Positions 24,614-36,053 are shown, numbered from the stretch's first letter. The stretch is DNA of 64,000 nt from Diplonema japonicum (GCA_964019335.1 OZ025688.1:310001-374000); one strand, 5' to 3'. Notes: generated by a model from the letters alone, not told the origin. Program-made: numbers and translations.

Positions 24614-25379
24614 AATAGGGGTAGCATGCAGTATTTATCCCAGGATTTATGCCGTGTGCACGAACAGACTGCTAAAAACCTACTCTTTTAAAAAAGATCT
24701 TTTTTTTAAACACCGACACATTTCTTTTTTTTCTTTTTCTTCTTGTTTTCCCCTTTTGGTTCTTACCCCTTTTTTTTTTCATTATACTTTTTTTCTTTCT
24801 TTTTTTTTCAATTTCTTTTTAACAAGCTTACTTTTGTTTCTTTTTGACCTGTTACAAAAATGGGAGGGGGGAGGGGGGGGGTTAGAAGAGCAAGGATGAA
24901 GGAGAAGGAAAAAAAAGAAGAAGAAAAGAAAAACAGAAAGAAGAAGAGGAAAGGAATGAAAAAAAGAAACTTTTTAACTTATTTTTTAAAGGTGCTCCTG
25001 TAGCGGGTTTTTTTTTCAATGGGGGAGGGGGGGGGGGGGAGAAAGGCAACTGAAGAAAAAAAAGCCCCCCCAAAAAAAAGAAAAAAATGTGCCTAACCTA
25101 TGTTTTCCTCTCTGAATTGTGACAATAATTTTGAGTTTTTTATTTCTCCTCTCTACCCTCTATTGTCGTTTTAATAAAAAAAAGCCGTTTTTTTTTTTTA
25201 CCCCCTCTTCTTCTTTTTTTTTACCCCTCCCCGTTTTCTTCCTTATATTAAAAAAAAAAAAAGCATAACCCAATACCACCCAAACGCTCACCCCCCCCCG
25301 TTTTTGCTTTTTTTCTTCTTTTTTTTTTTCTTCTTCTCTCCTTAATTATTCAACAGAAACCCCTCCCCTCCAAAAAAAA

Positions 25380-26665
25380 ATGTACTTAAAGCCGATCATC
25401 GTGCTAATTGGCCTCAGCACAGTAATTGTAGGTGAAACTGGTAGTGGGGCATCAGAGGGACCACCAGCATGGGGGAAACCGGTGGCGCCTAAGCCAAAGC
25501 CATTCAGAATGGGGAAGGTGAAAGTAAAAAAACCCGGCCCGATAAGGGAGCCGAAAGAAGAACCCCCGCTTAAATTATTCCCGGTAGCAGATGGGAGGAA
25601 ACGGGCAAACAGCATCAGATGGGTCTCAGGGCTGATCAATGACACCTCTACCTTGGTGTACAGCGCCCGCAGGCTGAAGAACGGATGCCGCATGACCCGG
25701 AGAGACTGGAGGAGGAAGCAATCCAATGGGATGGCTGATTCCCCTCTGCTCCTCCCTATGCGGCCGGTAAACGGGTCAAAGGAGACCATGGTCACCCTGC
25801 CGATAGAAAAAATGGGGAAGTTGAAAACCTACAACCGCACAATTTTCAGGGCTTACGTTGATGAGGATGCTTGGAAAGCGGAGAATTGGGTATGTTGGAT
25901 TTAGAAAAAAAAAAAAAAAAAAAAAAAAACCCAGCATTTTTTCGATCTCGGAGCGAGATTTTTCTTGAAAAGCGGGAAGGGCAACATCAACTATGGCTCA
26001 ACGTTTCAGGTAAAAAAAATTTTTTTTTTTCTTTCTTTTTTTTTCCAAAAAAAAAAAAGAAAAAAAATAAACAGTTCATGTGCGGCTACCCAGGGGCGGA
26101 GAGGTTTAAGTACCACGCATTTGACATCAACGACCTGCAAGAAGGGTACCCGAAGTTTGTGAAGTGGAAAACAGGTGGGATTTGGAACGAGTCCGGGATG
26201 ATACAGATCAAGGGCATGCTCGGCGCAGGCAGCCATGTAGTCTTCCACAAAGGAGGCCAGCAAGAGAACAATGAAGGTCAGTCTGGGTCGGGGTCGGGGG
26301 CGTCCGAGGCCAGCGAGGCCAGATCAGGGTCGGGGTCTGGAGACGAGAAGCCAAAGATCATTGAAGCTATCGATTTCGCATCTGTGCTCATGGCCACTGT
26401 GAAGCTCGAGGACTACGTTGTTGTCAAAATAGATATCGAGAACGCTGAGTTCCGTGTTCTCGACAAGATGTTCGCAACAGGGGCCATCAACTTGGTAGAC
26501 GAAATGTTCATAGAATGTCATGGAGAGCTTACAAGGGAGGCGTACACCTTTGCAGGGCTACGCGAAGGAGTATGGGTACCTGAGGCATGGGTAAGGTCGG
26601 TCGCTTGTCGTGACCTCGAAAAGAAATTGAGAAAATATGGAATTTTCCTACACGAATGGGATTAA
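25380..26665 (+). CDS. FkbM-family (Methyltransf_21-like) methyltransferase with N-terminal anchor; introns 25890-25934, 26010-26074
   Basis: Spliced frame gives HFFDLGAR..YGSTFQ|FMCGYP..YHAFD..DYVVVKIDIENAEFRVLDKMFATGAINLVDEMFIECH, typical of FkbM-like proteins. Confidence 0.8.
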
Positions 26666-26992
26666 AAAAAAAAAAGAAAAAAAAAAAGAAAAAGAAAAGA
26701 AAGAACAAATCCATTTTTTTTTTTTTTTGAAACAAAGAGAAATCCGTTATGGCAGAGATTGCAGTAAGGGGGAGGGGGAGGGGGAAAAAGAAGAATAATT
26801 TAAAGTGCAAACTAGAGTTTTTTTTTTTAAAAATCCTAAAACGGAACCCCCTCCCCTTCCCCCTTACCCTAGTCTTCTTTCTTCTTTTTTTTTACAAAAT
26901 TTATTTTGTTCCGTCCCCTATGCGTCTTTGATCTGATCTTATTCTAATTTATTCCCCCTTTTTTTTCACACATACCATCATTAGAACCGGTT

Positions 26993-27037
<45 letters not shown>

Positions 27038-27080
27038 GTGGCGAAGAGAGGAGCAGAATAACAACAATAAGAAAAAAAAA

Positions 27081-27153
27081 ATGAAATGGGCCCACTTGTC
27101 GTTTCAGAATATAACAGATATTGTAAAACAAACCGATGAGGTATAAGAGAAGA

Positions 27154-27201
<48 letters not shown>

Positions 27202-27327
27202 TAGTTGGGATAATGAAGTCTCTTATCGCACAGATAAAGGAGGACCCAACAGGGGGTCCGAAGGGTTCTGACCCTAGGGCGGTGCTGCTTAATTTAATGA
27301 ATAGTTGTTCCGGAAGGTATCCCTTGC

Positions 27328-27362
<35 letters not shown>

Positions 27363-27977
27363 AGAATAGTGCAGTATGAACGATTTTACTCTGACAACGA
27401 TCTTCACGAACGTGCGCCTGTAATAGAACAGCAAAGGTTGAAGCTGAAAAGATGCTTATGCGAAGCAAACGAGCTCCCACCCCCACCACCACCTCCTCGG
27501 GAAGGTTCTTCCATGGGCCCCAAGCCGGGCTTCACGCAACTAAAAATCCGTCTGACTCCAAAGGAGTTTAAAGAACTCCAAACACGACGGAAGGCACTAC
27601 GCGAGCTGTCACGTACACAGCAAAGCCACTATTTGGAAAAAGGTCAAGGATCACTGTCATGGGAGGGTTCCACCATCAACAAAGGCCATTCTCAAGCTAT
27701 GGTTGACGGTTCTGCGGGTCTTTACTCCGAGGGACCATGGGTCGATCCAAATGTTCAGCCGCAGCAAAGCCCTTCCTCTTGGGTCTCAAAACAGAATTTC
27801 GCCACGCAACTTAAGCATCCTCAACCTGATCCCGGGTACGTGGCGTCGCAGGTTACAGGCTCCTCTGCTGGGCCATTTACCACTTCCCGTGCTGAGGTTG
27901 TCCTTTCCCGACCACGAGAACCGCGTGCTCCAATCGACCCTTCACACCGCTTCACGCATGTTGCCACCTCCAGGTGA
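27081..27977 (+). CDS. Hypothetical protein; introns 27141-27200 and 27317-27364
   Basis: ATG at 27081 (MKWAHLSFQNITDIVKQTDE) splices in frame across a poly(A) intron into the 27213-27977 ORF. A second in-frame intron removes the poly-Lys run. Confidence 0.6.
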
Positions 27978-28258
27978 TCATATTTTTATGTGGTCGTGTT
28001 TCCCTTCCCCTCCTTTAGATTGTCCTTCCCCCCCCCCCCCCCCCCCCCACCCTTTTTTTTACTTCTGTATCGGTTGGTATGGTAAATGAGAAGGGAACGA
28101 AAAGTTTTTTTTTACATAGAATGGAAGTTTATTGAGGCGATCCTGTCACACTGCAGGTTCCCTTCAAAGACATCTTTATTTTATTGTGGCTACGAACACT
28201 TTGAATACCTGCTTTACTATTACAGGCTTTTTTTTGAGGGGGGCCTGTGTGGCTGAGG

Positions 28259-31200
28259 ATGGAGGGCGTGCTGCGGGTGTGCTTTCTTTTATGTGCGCTT
28301 GTGCATGGTACCGAGGGGCAGGGCTACGGGTACTTTCAGATCATCACCAACGGCTACTGCGTGGGGGCTGCCGGGACGGAGACGGCGTTGGCGAGTCACG
28401 CCAACAAAGATGACTGTAGAAAAGAGTGCTCAGAAACGTACCAGCGTGCAGTAAACCCTTTTTGGTGTCCCGCTGCTCGCTATAACACTGTTACAGGAGA
28501 ATGCATAGCGCTGAAGTCTGGGTGTAAGGATCCCTATATTGCACAAAACAACTATATTTTGTATCTTGCTTCTTGTGGCGAGCATTACCGAGCCAACGAC
28601 CCCTCAGTAGGGTCCACCAGCTCCACCACCGCGTGTGACTGTTCGCAGAAATGTGATGCTGACCCAGCCTGCAAGTTCTGGAACCTCGAACATGCGACCA
28701 CCACTTGCTACTTCTATGACACGACTGTGAACGGGGCTTACGTGCTAGACGGTTGGGACTATGGTTCTGGTGGCTGTGAGGGTTGCCAATTCCCAACACC
28801 AGCACCGCCCACTGACGCCCCCGACACCAACCCCCCGGACACTGCAGCCCCGACAACTGCACCTGACACCAACGCCCCCGACACTGATGCACCTGACACT
28901 GACGCGCCCAACACTGATGCACCTGACACTGATGCACCTGACACTGACGCGCCCAACACTGATGCACCTGACACTGATGCACCTGACACTGACGCGCCCA
29001 ACACTGATGCACCTGACACTGATGCACCTGACACTGACGCGCCCAACACTGATGCACCTGACACTGATGCACCTGACACTGACGCGCCCAACACTGACGC
29101 GCCCAACACTGATGCGCCCAACACTGATGCGCCCAACACTGATGCACCCAACACTGACGCGCCCAACACTGACACACCTGACACTGATGCACCAGACACA
29201 ACTCCACCTGACACCCCTTCGCCTAATACACCTGCACCTGTCACACTAGCTCCTAAAAGCGATGCTCCTGCAACTCCCGCACCAGATACCGCTGCACCTG
29301 ATACATCTGTTCCCGCAACATCCTCACCTGATACTGATGCGCCAATGACACCTGCTCCTGACACGGCAGCGCCACATACAGCTGTTCCGACGTCGGCACC
29401 AGTGACACCTAAGCCGCTCACAACCGCTCCGGACACGGCCGTCCCCACGTCAGCCCCCGATACACTATCACCGAAGACTTCGCCACCGGACACACTTGCC
29501 CCTGACACGCCTAAGCCGGATACAGCCATCCCAACGGCGGTTCCCGCCACACCTGCTCCTGATACCAACGCACCAAACACAGCGGTCCCTACTTCAGCCC
29601 CCGACACCCCAGCACCCCTTTCGCTGGCACCAGATACGGCTGTCCCCACTGCAGCACCTGCGACACCCGCTCCTGACACTAGCTCACCAGACACAGCGGA
29701 GCCAACTGCAACACCTACGGTTGCTCCACCAACTACGGCTCCACTTTTTCCACCCACTGCGCAACCGACTGCATCACCAACGACAGCCCCAGCAACAGCT
29801 GTTCCTACAACATCCCCAGCAACAGTAACACCGACCGTTGTTCCCACAACATCCCCAGCAACAGCAACACCGACTGCTGGACCCACAGCGTTTCCAGCAA
29901 CAGCGGCACCGACGGCCGTGCCTACGGATGCCCCCAACACAACCCCTCCTACTGCTGTACCAACATCGCCACCATTCACTTCAGCCCCTGACACTCCTGC
30001 ACCTTCCACGACTGTTCCTGACACTGCCGCTCCTGATACACTTGTCCCTACAGCTGTACCCACGAGCGCTCCCGACACGCCAGTCCCGCCGGTGATGGAG
30101 GAGAAGCGTCTCGTGGCTGGCAGCGGTGTGGCCACTGGCGTGGGTGGTGCTGCCATTATGACAATGTCGGTGGGTGCGGCGCTGGGAGCTCAACGGCTGC
30201 TGCTCGCGATGGGCACGGGCTGCGGGATGTCCGACGAAGACAACGATGTCCTCCCCTTCAACCTGCACCCCACTGGCTGGTCCCTGGGATCAGGCGGCAT
30301 CTACATCGGTTGCATCACAGGCAACATAGCCATAATCGCTGGGGTCTCTTTGCTGCATTTCATTGCTGTGAACCTGCTGTCGGTAGTGTACAAGGGTGCG
30401 TCGGATGCCATGGAGGCGCAAGGGTTGCTGAGGTTCCCAGCAGCAACGATGTTTTGCTTTTTCTTTTTACTGCAGGGCATCAGCCTGTCAGGGGCGAGGG
30501 TGTTCTTCCACCCGAAGGAGTGGTGGCACGGTTTAGTGGGCGCGATGACGCTAGTGGTCTGCACCTTTGTAATGGTGGCTGTGTTCTGGTTTTTCCGAAA
30601 CATCGAGAACAAAGCTGTGTATTACAAGGATTCTAAAACGGGCAAAGTGGCAGCGTATTTTGTAGGAGACGGCGAATGGCTGCCTTTGAAACACTCCTTT
30701 GTGGACAGATTCGGTGTGGGGTTCAGAAGATACCTCCCGCACGCCGCAAGATTCGTAACAGTCGACTGCGCCCTATCCTTAGGCATGGCATTGGCCGCAG
30801 CGGTACAGGTGAAAACGATGAAAGAATGCGGGCATAAGAGAATTGCAATGGCGTGCATGACAATAGTATATGGGATCACGATTGCGTTGAAACGTCCCTA
30901 TGCACACCAGAGAAACAACCACACAGAGCTAGTGGGGCAGAGCCTGCAAACGATAGGACTAATACTCATAGCAGCCGGGTTCTACTCAGAGGACAGGACA
31001 TCTGCTTGCTTCACTGCCGGAATGTACGCTATCCTAGTGGCTATGGTGTGCTTACTAATCCGTACCTTAGGCGATGGTGCGGTGCTCCTATGGGTGGTCA
31101 TTTCGGGGAGGATCCCGAGGCTGCTGAAGGAACGAGAAATATTGCGTGATGATATGCTGGAAAACCATGAAACGGAGTCGCTTAAATCCCTTGACCCTAA

Positions 31201-31462
31201 AGATGAGCGCGAACTGACCACCAGCGAGGAAGGCCATGACTGGAATGGTTTGCTTCGTGATGTTGGTCAGGACGCGAATCCTAATAAATCCCTTACGTGG
31301 GATGAGCTCCTTCTCGATACCACGCCTTCGCAATCTACACAGCCACCTTTAAACACAAGGAGTTCATCTAATAATCTTATACCTCCCAGACGACGGTTAA
31401 ATCAGCAAAAAGGTACATCTCCTCTGTCGCATTCTTCACTCCCATCAAGTTTCTCGGTTTGA
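28259..31462 (+). CDS. Receptor-like surface protein: signal peptide, two PAN/apple-like Cys modules, Thr/Pro mucin stalk, multi-TM domain, cytosolic tail
   Basis: Signal MEGVLRVCFLLCALVHGTEG; CRKEC and CDCSQKCDADPACKFW..TCYFY modules; (TDAPD/N)n stalk; at least 7 hydrophobic segments after the LPFNLHPTG motif. Confidence 0.8.
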   Translation: MEGVLRVCFLLCALVHGTEGQGYGYFQIITNGYCVGAAGTETALASHANKDDCRKECSETYQRAVNPFWCPAARYNTVTGECIALKSGCKDPYIAQNNYILYLASCGEHYRANDPSVGSTSSTTACDCSQKCDADPACKFWNLEHATTTCYFYDTTVNGAYVLDGWDYGSGGCEGCQFPTPAPPTDAPDTNPPDTAAPTTAPDTNAPDTDAPDTDAPNTDAPDTDAPDTDAPNTDAPDTDAPDTDAPNTDAPDTDAPDTDAPNTDAPDTDAPDTDAPNTDAPNTDAPNTDAPNTDAPNTDAPNTDTPDTDAPDTTPPDTPSPNTPAPVTLAPKSDAPATPAPDTAAPDTSVPATSSPDTDAPMTPAPDTAAPHTAVPTSAPVTPKPLTTAPDTAVPTSAPDTLSPKTSPPDTLAPDTPKPDTAIPTAVPATPAPDTNAPNTAVPTSAPDTPAPLSLAPDTAVPTAAPATPAPDTSSPDTAEPTATPTVAPPTTAPLFPPTAQPTASPTTAPATAVPTTSPATVTPTVVPTTSPATATPTAGPTAFPATAAPTAVPTDAPNTTPPTAVPTSPPFTSAPDTPAPSTTVPDTAAPDTLVPTAVPTSAPDTPVPPVMEEKRLVAGSGVATGVGGAAIMTMSVGAALGAQRLLLAMGTGCGMSDEDNDVLPFNLHPTGWSLGSGGIYIGCITGNIAIIAGVSLLHFIAVNLLSVVYKGASDAMEAQGLLRFPAATMFCFFFLLQGISLSGARVFFHPKEWWHGLVGAMTLVVCTFVMVAVFWFFRNIENKAVYYKDSKTGKVAAYFVGDGEWLPLKHSFVDRFGVGFRRYLPHAARFVTVDCALSLGMALAAAVQVKTMKECGHKRIAMACMTIVYGITIALKRPYAHQRNNHTELVGQSLQTIGLILIAAGFYSEDRTSACFTAGMYAILVAMVCLLIRTLGDGAVLLWVVISGRIPRLLKEREILRDDMLENHETESLKSLDPKDERELTTSEEGHDWNGLLRDVGQDANPNKSLTWDELLLDTTPSQSTQPPLNTRSSSNNLIPPRRRLNQQKGTSPLSHSSLPSSFSV
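28811..29200 (+). repeat. Coding 15-bp minisatellite with 45-bp higher-order period, (TDAPD/N)n
   Basis: ACTGATGCACCTGAC and ACTGACGCGCCCAAC units are visible directly. Confidence 0.95.
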
Positions 31463-33608
31463 AGAGTTTTTTTTTTTTTCTTAACGTTTTGTTCTTTGTG
31501 TGCGAAAAGAAAAAAAAATAGAGTTTTTTTGTGAACTCGGAGAAGCATCACATACCCCCCCCCCCCCCCCCGCTAAGAAGGAAAAAAAAAGAAGAAGACC
31601 AAAGAGAGGAAGGTGCCCTGGTGTCCTTTAGCAATTTTAATGCAGTTGAGTGCATTTGCTGGAGGATAAATGAAGGAGTTTTCTTCTCTCTCTGTCTCTC
31701 TCTACTCTCCTTTTTTTTTTTTTCCCAGAGCTCCACCAACACCGGGCTCCCTTTAACTCTAATGTTTGCAACGGAAGCGGGTCGTTGCTAACCACTTCGT
31801 TCCTATCATAGTGAATTTCTTTTTTTGGCGGGTCCCTAACACTGATTTTTTTTTTGTTCGGGTCGTCGGTGGTTTTCAGAAGTCCCTCTACAAACATTTT
31901 TTTTTAAAAAAAAAAGGGGGAGGAAGAAGGCGATTTTTATTTAGATGTTGCTTCTTTTTTTGTTTTGTTTTTTATCATGCAACAAACTGAAAACGGGATT
32001 TGATCTTTTAAAAAAAAAAAAGAGGGTGAAGAAAAAAAAAGAAAAAAAAAAAGGGAACAGTATCTACTACCTGTCTGCCACGCCTTTTGATATTGCTGCG
32101 CAGATATAGGTGTAGATATCATTTTTAAAGGTAACATTTTTTTTTTTTTTTAAACAGTTCCCCCTCCCTCTCCCCGTAGTAAGTACTTTTTTTCTTTCTC
32201 TGTTTCTGATTTGGAAGATTAGTTTTGAGGTGGTATGCCTGCTAACAGTGGAAGGGGAATACCAGTGTTTACTGCACAGACCGTCAATGTCTTTAGAGTC
32301 AAAGGCTGTGGATTTTTTTTTCTTTTTTTTTCTTTTTTTTTAAGGGGTAAAATTTGGAGGGAAACTTTTGCCAAACCCCTGCAAACCCAGCCTCTCCTGA
32401 ACGACTGCGGATTGTGTTACCTTTCTTTTTTTTTTCTTCCCCTCTTTGGAAGCAAGGCTCCCTTGATATTTGTAAAACAACCCCCCCCCCCCCCCTTACT
32501 ATTTTTCGTGTCACAAAAAAGCGTGAAGTTATTGATAAACTTTTTTTTAAAAAGAAAAGAAGGAAAAAAAAAAAAGAACAATAACGAAAAGTAGGGGGGA
32601 ACAAATGAAGTATTATAACCCCAATCCCCCTCCCCTGCACTCTTTGCTGTCTTTTGGAGGGGAGGAGATATTTAACTAAAAAAACTAATATCTATTTTTT
32701 TTTTTTTTTAACCCAGCATAACACATTCATAATCTAGTCTGCGCGCGCATGCGTCAAAAAAGAATCAAAAAAAAAAAATATTTGTTCTCCCTTCCCTTTT
32801 TATTTGAATATAAATTGCCGTCTTTTCTGGCTGCAAACAAAAGTAAAATGGGGGAGGGGGGAAAAAGAAGAAGAAGAAAAGAAACGAAAAAAGAGGATGA
32901 TTCTCTGATCTGTACATTATTACAAAGGAACCATGGTACCTGTGCACCCCATGACTTAAAAAGTTTAGTTTTTTTTTTTTTTTTTTGGTGCTGTCTTGAA
33001 ATAACATTTCTTAATTTTTATTTTGAACGAGTCTTTGCTTGTCTACGTTTACGGGTTATAAGCTTCTCCAGGTTTCTACCCTATTTGTACGCACGTGTCA
33101 GTTCCTCTACATTTCTCACTTTCGCTTATTTCACTACCTTTTTTTTTTTTTTTTTACAACAGTGAGCACCCCCATGCACGCTGAAACTTTATCGATTTTT
33201 TTCTTTTTTTTTTTTTTTTTTTTTTTTTTGCCTACAGGCACTTCGAACAGGTTGACAAGGTGTCGCCTTGGCTAACAAAAAGTTTAAGGGTAATGGGGTG
33301 TCTCTTATTTTTTTTTTAAGGTAGCATTCAAAGATAGACACCTCCCTTAAACAGCCCCTCGTTGCACCTCAACTTAGAATTGGTACCCCTTCCATGCTTC
33401 TTCCCCCCCCCCTTTTTTTTTCCTTGTTTTGTTTTCTTCTTTCTCCCCTTCTCTGTTCTGCTGCTTCTGAACTCACGCCTCGTCTTAGTTTCCTTCTTTT
33501 TGTCTGTTTATTCGTTTTTATTTCCCCCCCCTTCCTGCCCGTTCTTTGTCTTCCACCACTCACAGATTTCATTCAAAACAAAATACAAAACAAACCCCGG
33601 GAAAGAAA

Positions 33609-33992
33609 ATGTCGATCAGGATGCTCCTCGTTGTTTGCCTTGCTGCCGTTGCCCTTGCTGACACGTTCCAGATCCAGCAGTGCACGAACAAGAAGGCGAC
33701 CGGTAAAAAGATGAACATCAAGACAACAGGGTGCAACGCACTCACCTTCGGGAAGGCGAAGTTCAACCTTGCCCTCTCAGGGGTGAAGGGACGCACGTCG
33801 AACTCGACCCTCGTTGCTGTGGTGAAGGACTACCCGAGCAACAAGTGCACGGGGACCGTGAAGTCCACAGGCGCCGTTGCCTGTACTTGCGTGGGCAGCA
33901 ATGCCTTCTCCTTCGTGTGCAATGGGGGTCCTGCCATCGCCATCCCCTCCCTCTTCCTCCTCGCCGCCTCCCTCGTGGTCTACTTGTTGTAG
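33609..33992 (+). CDS. Small Cys-rich GPI-anchored surface protein, type A copy 1 (127 aa)
   Basis: Signal MSIRMLLVVCLAAVALA; six Cys in a Lys-rich mature part; C-terminal hydrophobic tail GGPAIAIPSLFLLAASLVVYLL. Confidence 0.8.
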   Translation: MSIRMLLVVCLAAVALADTFQIQQCTNKKATGKKMNIKTTGCNALTFGKAKFNLALSGVKGRTSNSTLVAVVKDYPSNKCTGTVKSTGAVACTCVGSNAFSFVCNGGPAIAIPSLFLLAASLVVYLL

Positions 33993-34797
33993 GTTGGCGA
34001 CAAGTTCTTTGTTTACTAAGATAACGGTTCACTTTACACCTCTTCCCCCCTCCCTTCCTTGCTGCTTCATTCTTTTGAATCCAAACTTGTTTACTTCTAT
34101 TTCTGAAACAAATTGAAACATTCTTGTGTTCTTCAATTTATTCGCTAGCTTCTTTTGTTTTTCTTCTCTTTATCTTCCCACTGTCCACCTCTGCCCTCCC
34201 AAAGGCAAGGGGAAGTGGGCAAAGGTGAAGCGGAGAAGGGGGGGTGGTGACAATCTCACCGTGAAAAGGCCGTCCACTGCAGCGGTAGAATGGCAAGGAA
34301 GGCTCTTCTTTGCTGTTTTTGCGTGTGGATGTCATCCACTCCCCCTCGGCCCAAAATATATATTTTTTCTTCTCTTTTTTTCTTGCAAGAACGAGTCTTT
34401 GACTTGTCCAAACAAAAGGGGAACGTTGGCAACGTGTTTACGGGTTATAAACTTCTCCAGGTTTGCACCCCGACACATTACTAACAACGGCAATTTTTTT
34501 CCTTTTTCTGTCTTTCATGCTGTACTTCTTTTCCTGCAGCGCGGCCGGTGAGCGCAAAAACGCATACCTTAAAAGAATAGTTTTTTTTGTTGTTTGACTT
34601 TCAGCCTGTTGCCTTTGGGCTCACCTGCAGTAAGCATGCCCCGTAGCATGCTGGGTGGGGTTGATCACCAATTCCTGTTTTTTTTTTTTTTTTTGTTTGA
34701 CTTTCAGCTTGTTGCCTTTGGGTTCACAACACTCACCACAGATTTCTTACCTTCTCTCCAATCCCAACCTTCAAAAACACAAAACAAAACCGGAAAA

Positions 34798-35178
34798 ATG
34801 TCGATCAGGATGCTCCTCGTTGCCTGCCTCGTTGCCGCCTCCCTTGCGGACTCGTTCCGGATCCAGCAGTGCACGAGTGGGAACGCGACGGGCCCCAAGT
34901 TGAGCATCGAGCTTGCGGGGTGCAGCCTGCTGACGTTCGGTGATAAGCCGTACAACCTCAGCCTGACTGGGGTTAAGGGGTCCAACCTCTACCAGAACCT
35001 CACTGCTGTGGGGAACTCCTTCACCGACAACAAGTGCAAGAATGCGAACCCCGCCACAACCGATATTTCGTGCACCTGCGCCTCCGACAGCCAGTTCACC
35101 TTTGTGTGCGATGGGGCCTCCTTCGCCGTCCCCTCCCTCCTTGTCCTCGTGGCCTCTGTCATGGTTTACATGATGTGA
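34798..35178 (+). CDS. Small Cys-rich GPI-anchored surface protein, type B (126 aa)
   Basis: Same Cys spacing as type A; signal peptide and hydrophobic C-terminus DGASFAVPSLLVLVASVMVYMM. Confidence 0.8.
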   Translation: MSIRMLLVACLVAASLADSFRIQQCTSGNATGPKLSIELAGCSLLTFGDKPYNLSLTGVKGSNLYQNLTAVGNSFTDNKCKNANPATTDISCTCASDSQFTFVCDGASFAVPSLLVLVASVMVYMM

Positions 35179-35570
35179 AAGTGAGGGCTGTGTGGGAAAG
35201 AACACGACCGCAAAGTCCCTTCCTTAAAGTTTAATTAATAGGACTAAGAATTATTTTTTATGGGATCTGGGGGGATGTTATTCGTTCCAATGCGAACGAC
35301 GACCCGACTTTCCGATCAATGAGGGAAAACAAGGGAAAAAGGAAACATTTCCCCGGTATTCGCCTCTGCGATGACCTCTTCCCATTCGCTGCTTTTCTAT
35401 TCTCTCTTCGTTGTTCCGTATCTTTGAAGATGGCAGCTCGATAGCCGTTCTGCTGTCACCCATAGTAAGTATGCACTTCTAGCATGCTGGGGGGAGCTCC
35501 TTCTTCGCTTAAACGGTTCCTCTATGTATTCCTCTTTCATTTTTTTTTATTTCTATATGAGAATAAAGAA

Positions 35571-35585
35571 GTATCACCTTTGCAG
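35571..35585 (+). promoter_or_regulatory. Conserved candidate (trans-)splice acceptor GTATCACCTTTGCAG upstream of GPI genes (also 36542, 42646, 43466)
   Basis: Identical 15-mer ending in CAG 29-34 nt before the ATG in four copies, preceded by a T-rich tract and GAGAATAAA. Confidence 0.45.
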
Positions 35586-35619
35586 ATAACTTTTCTTCAT
35601 CACACAACTTTCAAACAAG

Positions 35620-35991
35620 ATGTTCACCAGGATGCTCCTCGTTGCCTGCCTCACTGCCGTTGCCCTTGCTGACAACTACCAGTTCCAGGTGTGCACAGCT
35701 GGGAACGTGACGGGGTCGAAGTTCGACATTGAGAACGACAAGTGCACGGTGATCACGAGCACGAACACGAACTTCACCCTGACGGGTGTTACGGGTCTTG
35801 CTGAGAACCAGACCCTCACTGGTGTGCTGAACGTGTTCAGCGATGACGTGTGCACGGCTCCCGCCAGCATGTCCACAGATGTTGCCTGTACCTGTGGCAG
35901 CAACGCCTACGCCCTGGTGTGCGATGGGGCCGCCTTCGCTGTCCCCTCCCTCCTTGTCCTCGTGGCCTCTGTCATGGTTTACATGATGTGA
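35620..35991 (+). CDS. Small Cys-rich GPI-anchored surface protein, type C copy 1 (123 aa)
   Basis: Paralogue of A and B; acidic, with N-glycosylation sequons NVT, NFT, NQT. Confidence 0.8.
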   Translation: MFTRMLLVACLTAVALADNYQFQVCTAGNVTGSKFDIENDKCTVITSTNTNFTLTGVTGLAENQTLTGVLNVFSDDVCTAPASMSTDVACTCGSNAYALVCDGAAFAVPSLLVLVASVMVYMM

Positions 35992-36053
35992 GTAGTGGAA
36001 CGTACCCAATAGAAATATTTTAAAATAGAACATTTTTTTTTCCCCTTCCACCC

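Noticed and set aside
28759-30156. 465-aa antisense ORF and 28491-29207 ORF
   Set aside because: Shadow frames of the Thr/Pro/Ala repeat region.
35365-35400. U14-like start (GATGA..CCATTCGC)
   Set aside because: No domain B and no box D at a suitable distance; the match is too short.
35512-35523. AACGGTTCCTCT, antisense to the LSU sarcin-ricin loop region (also ~43408)
   Set aside because: Only 12 nt, with no adjacent D/D' box; the second copy is explained by tandem duplication.
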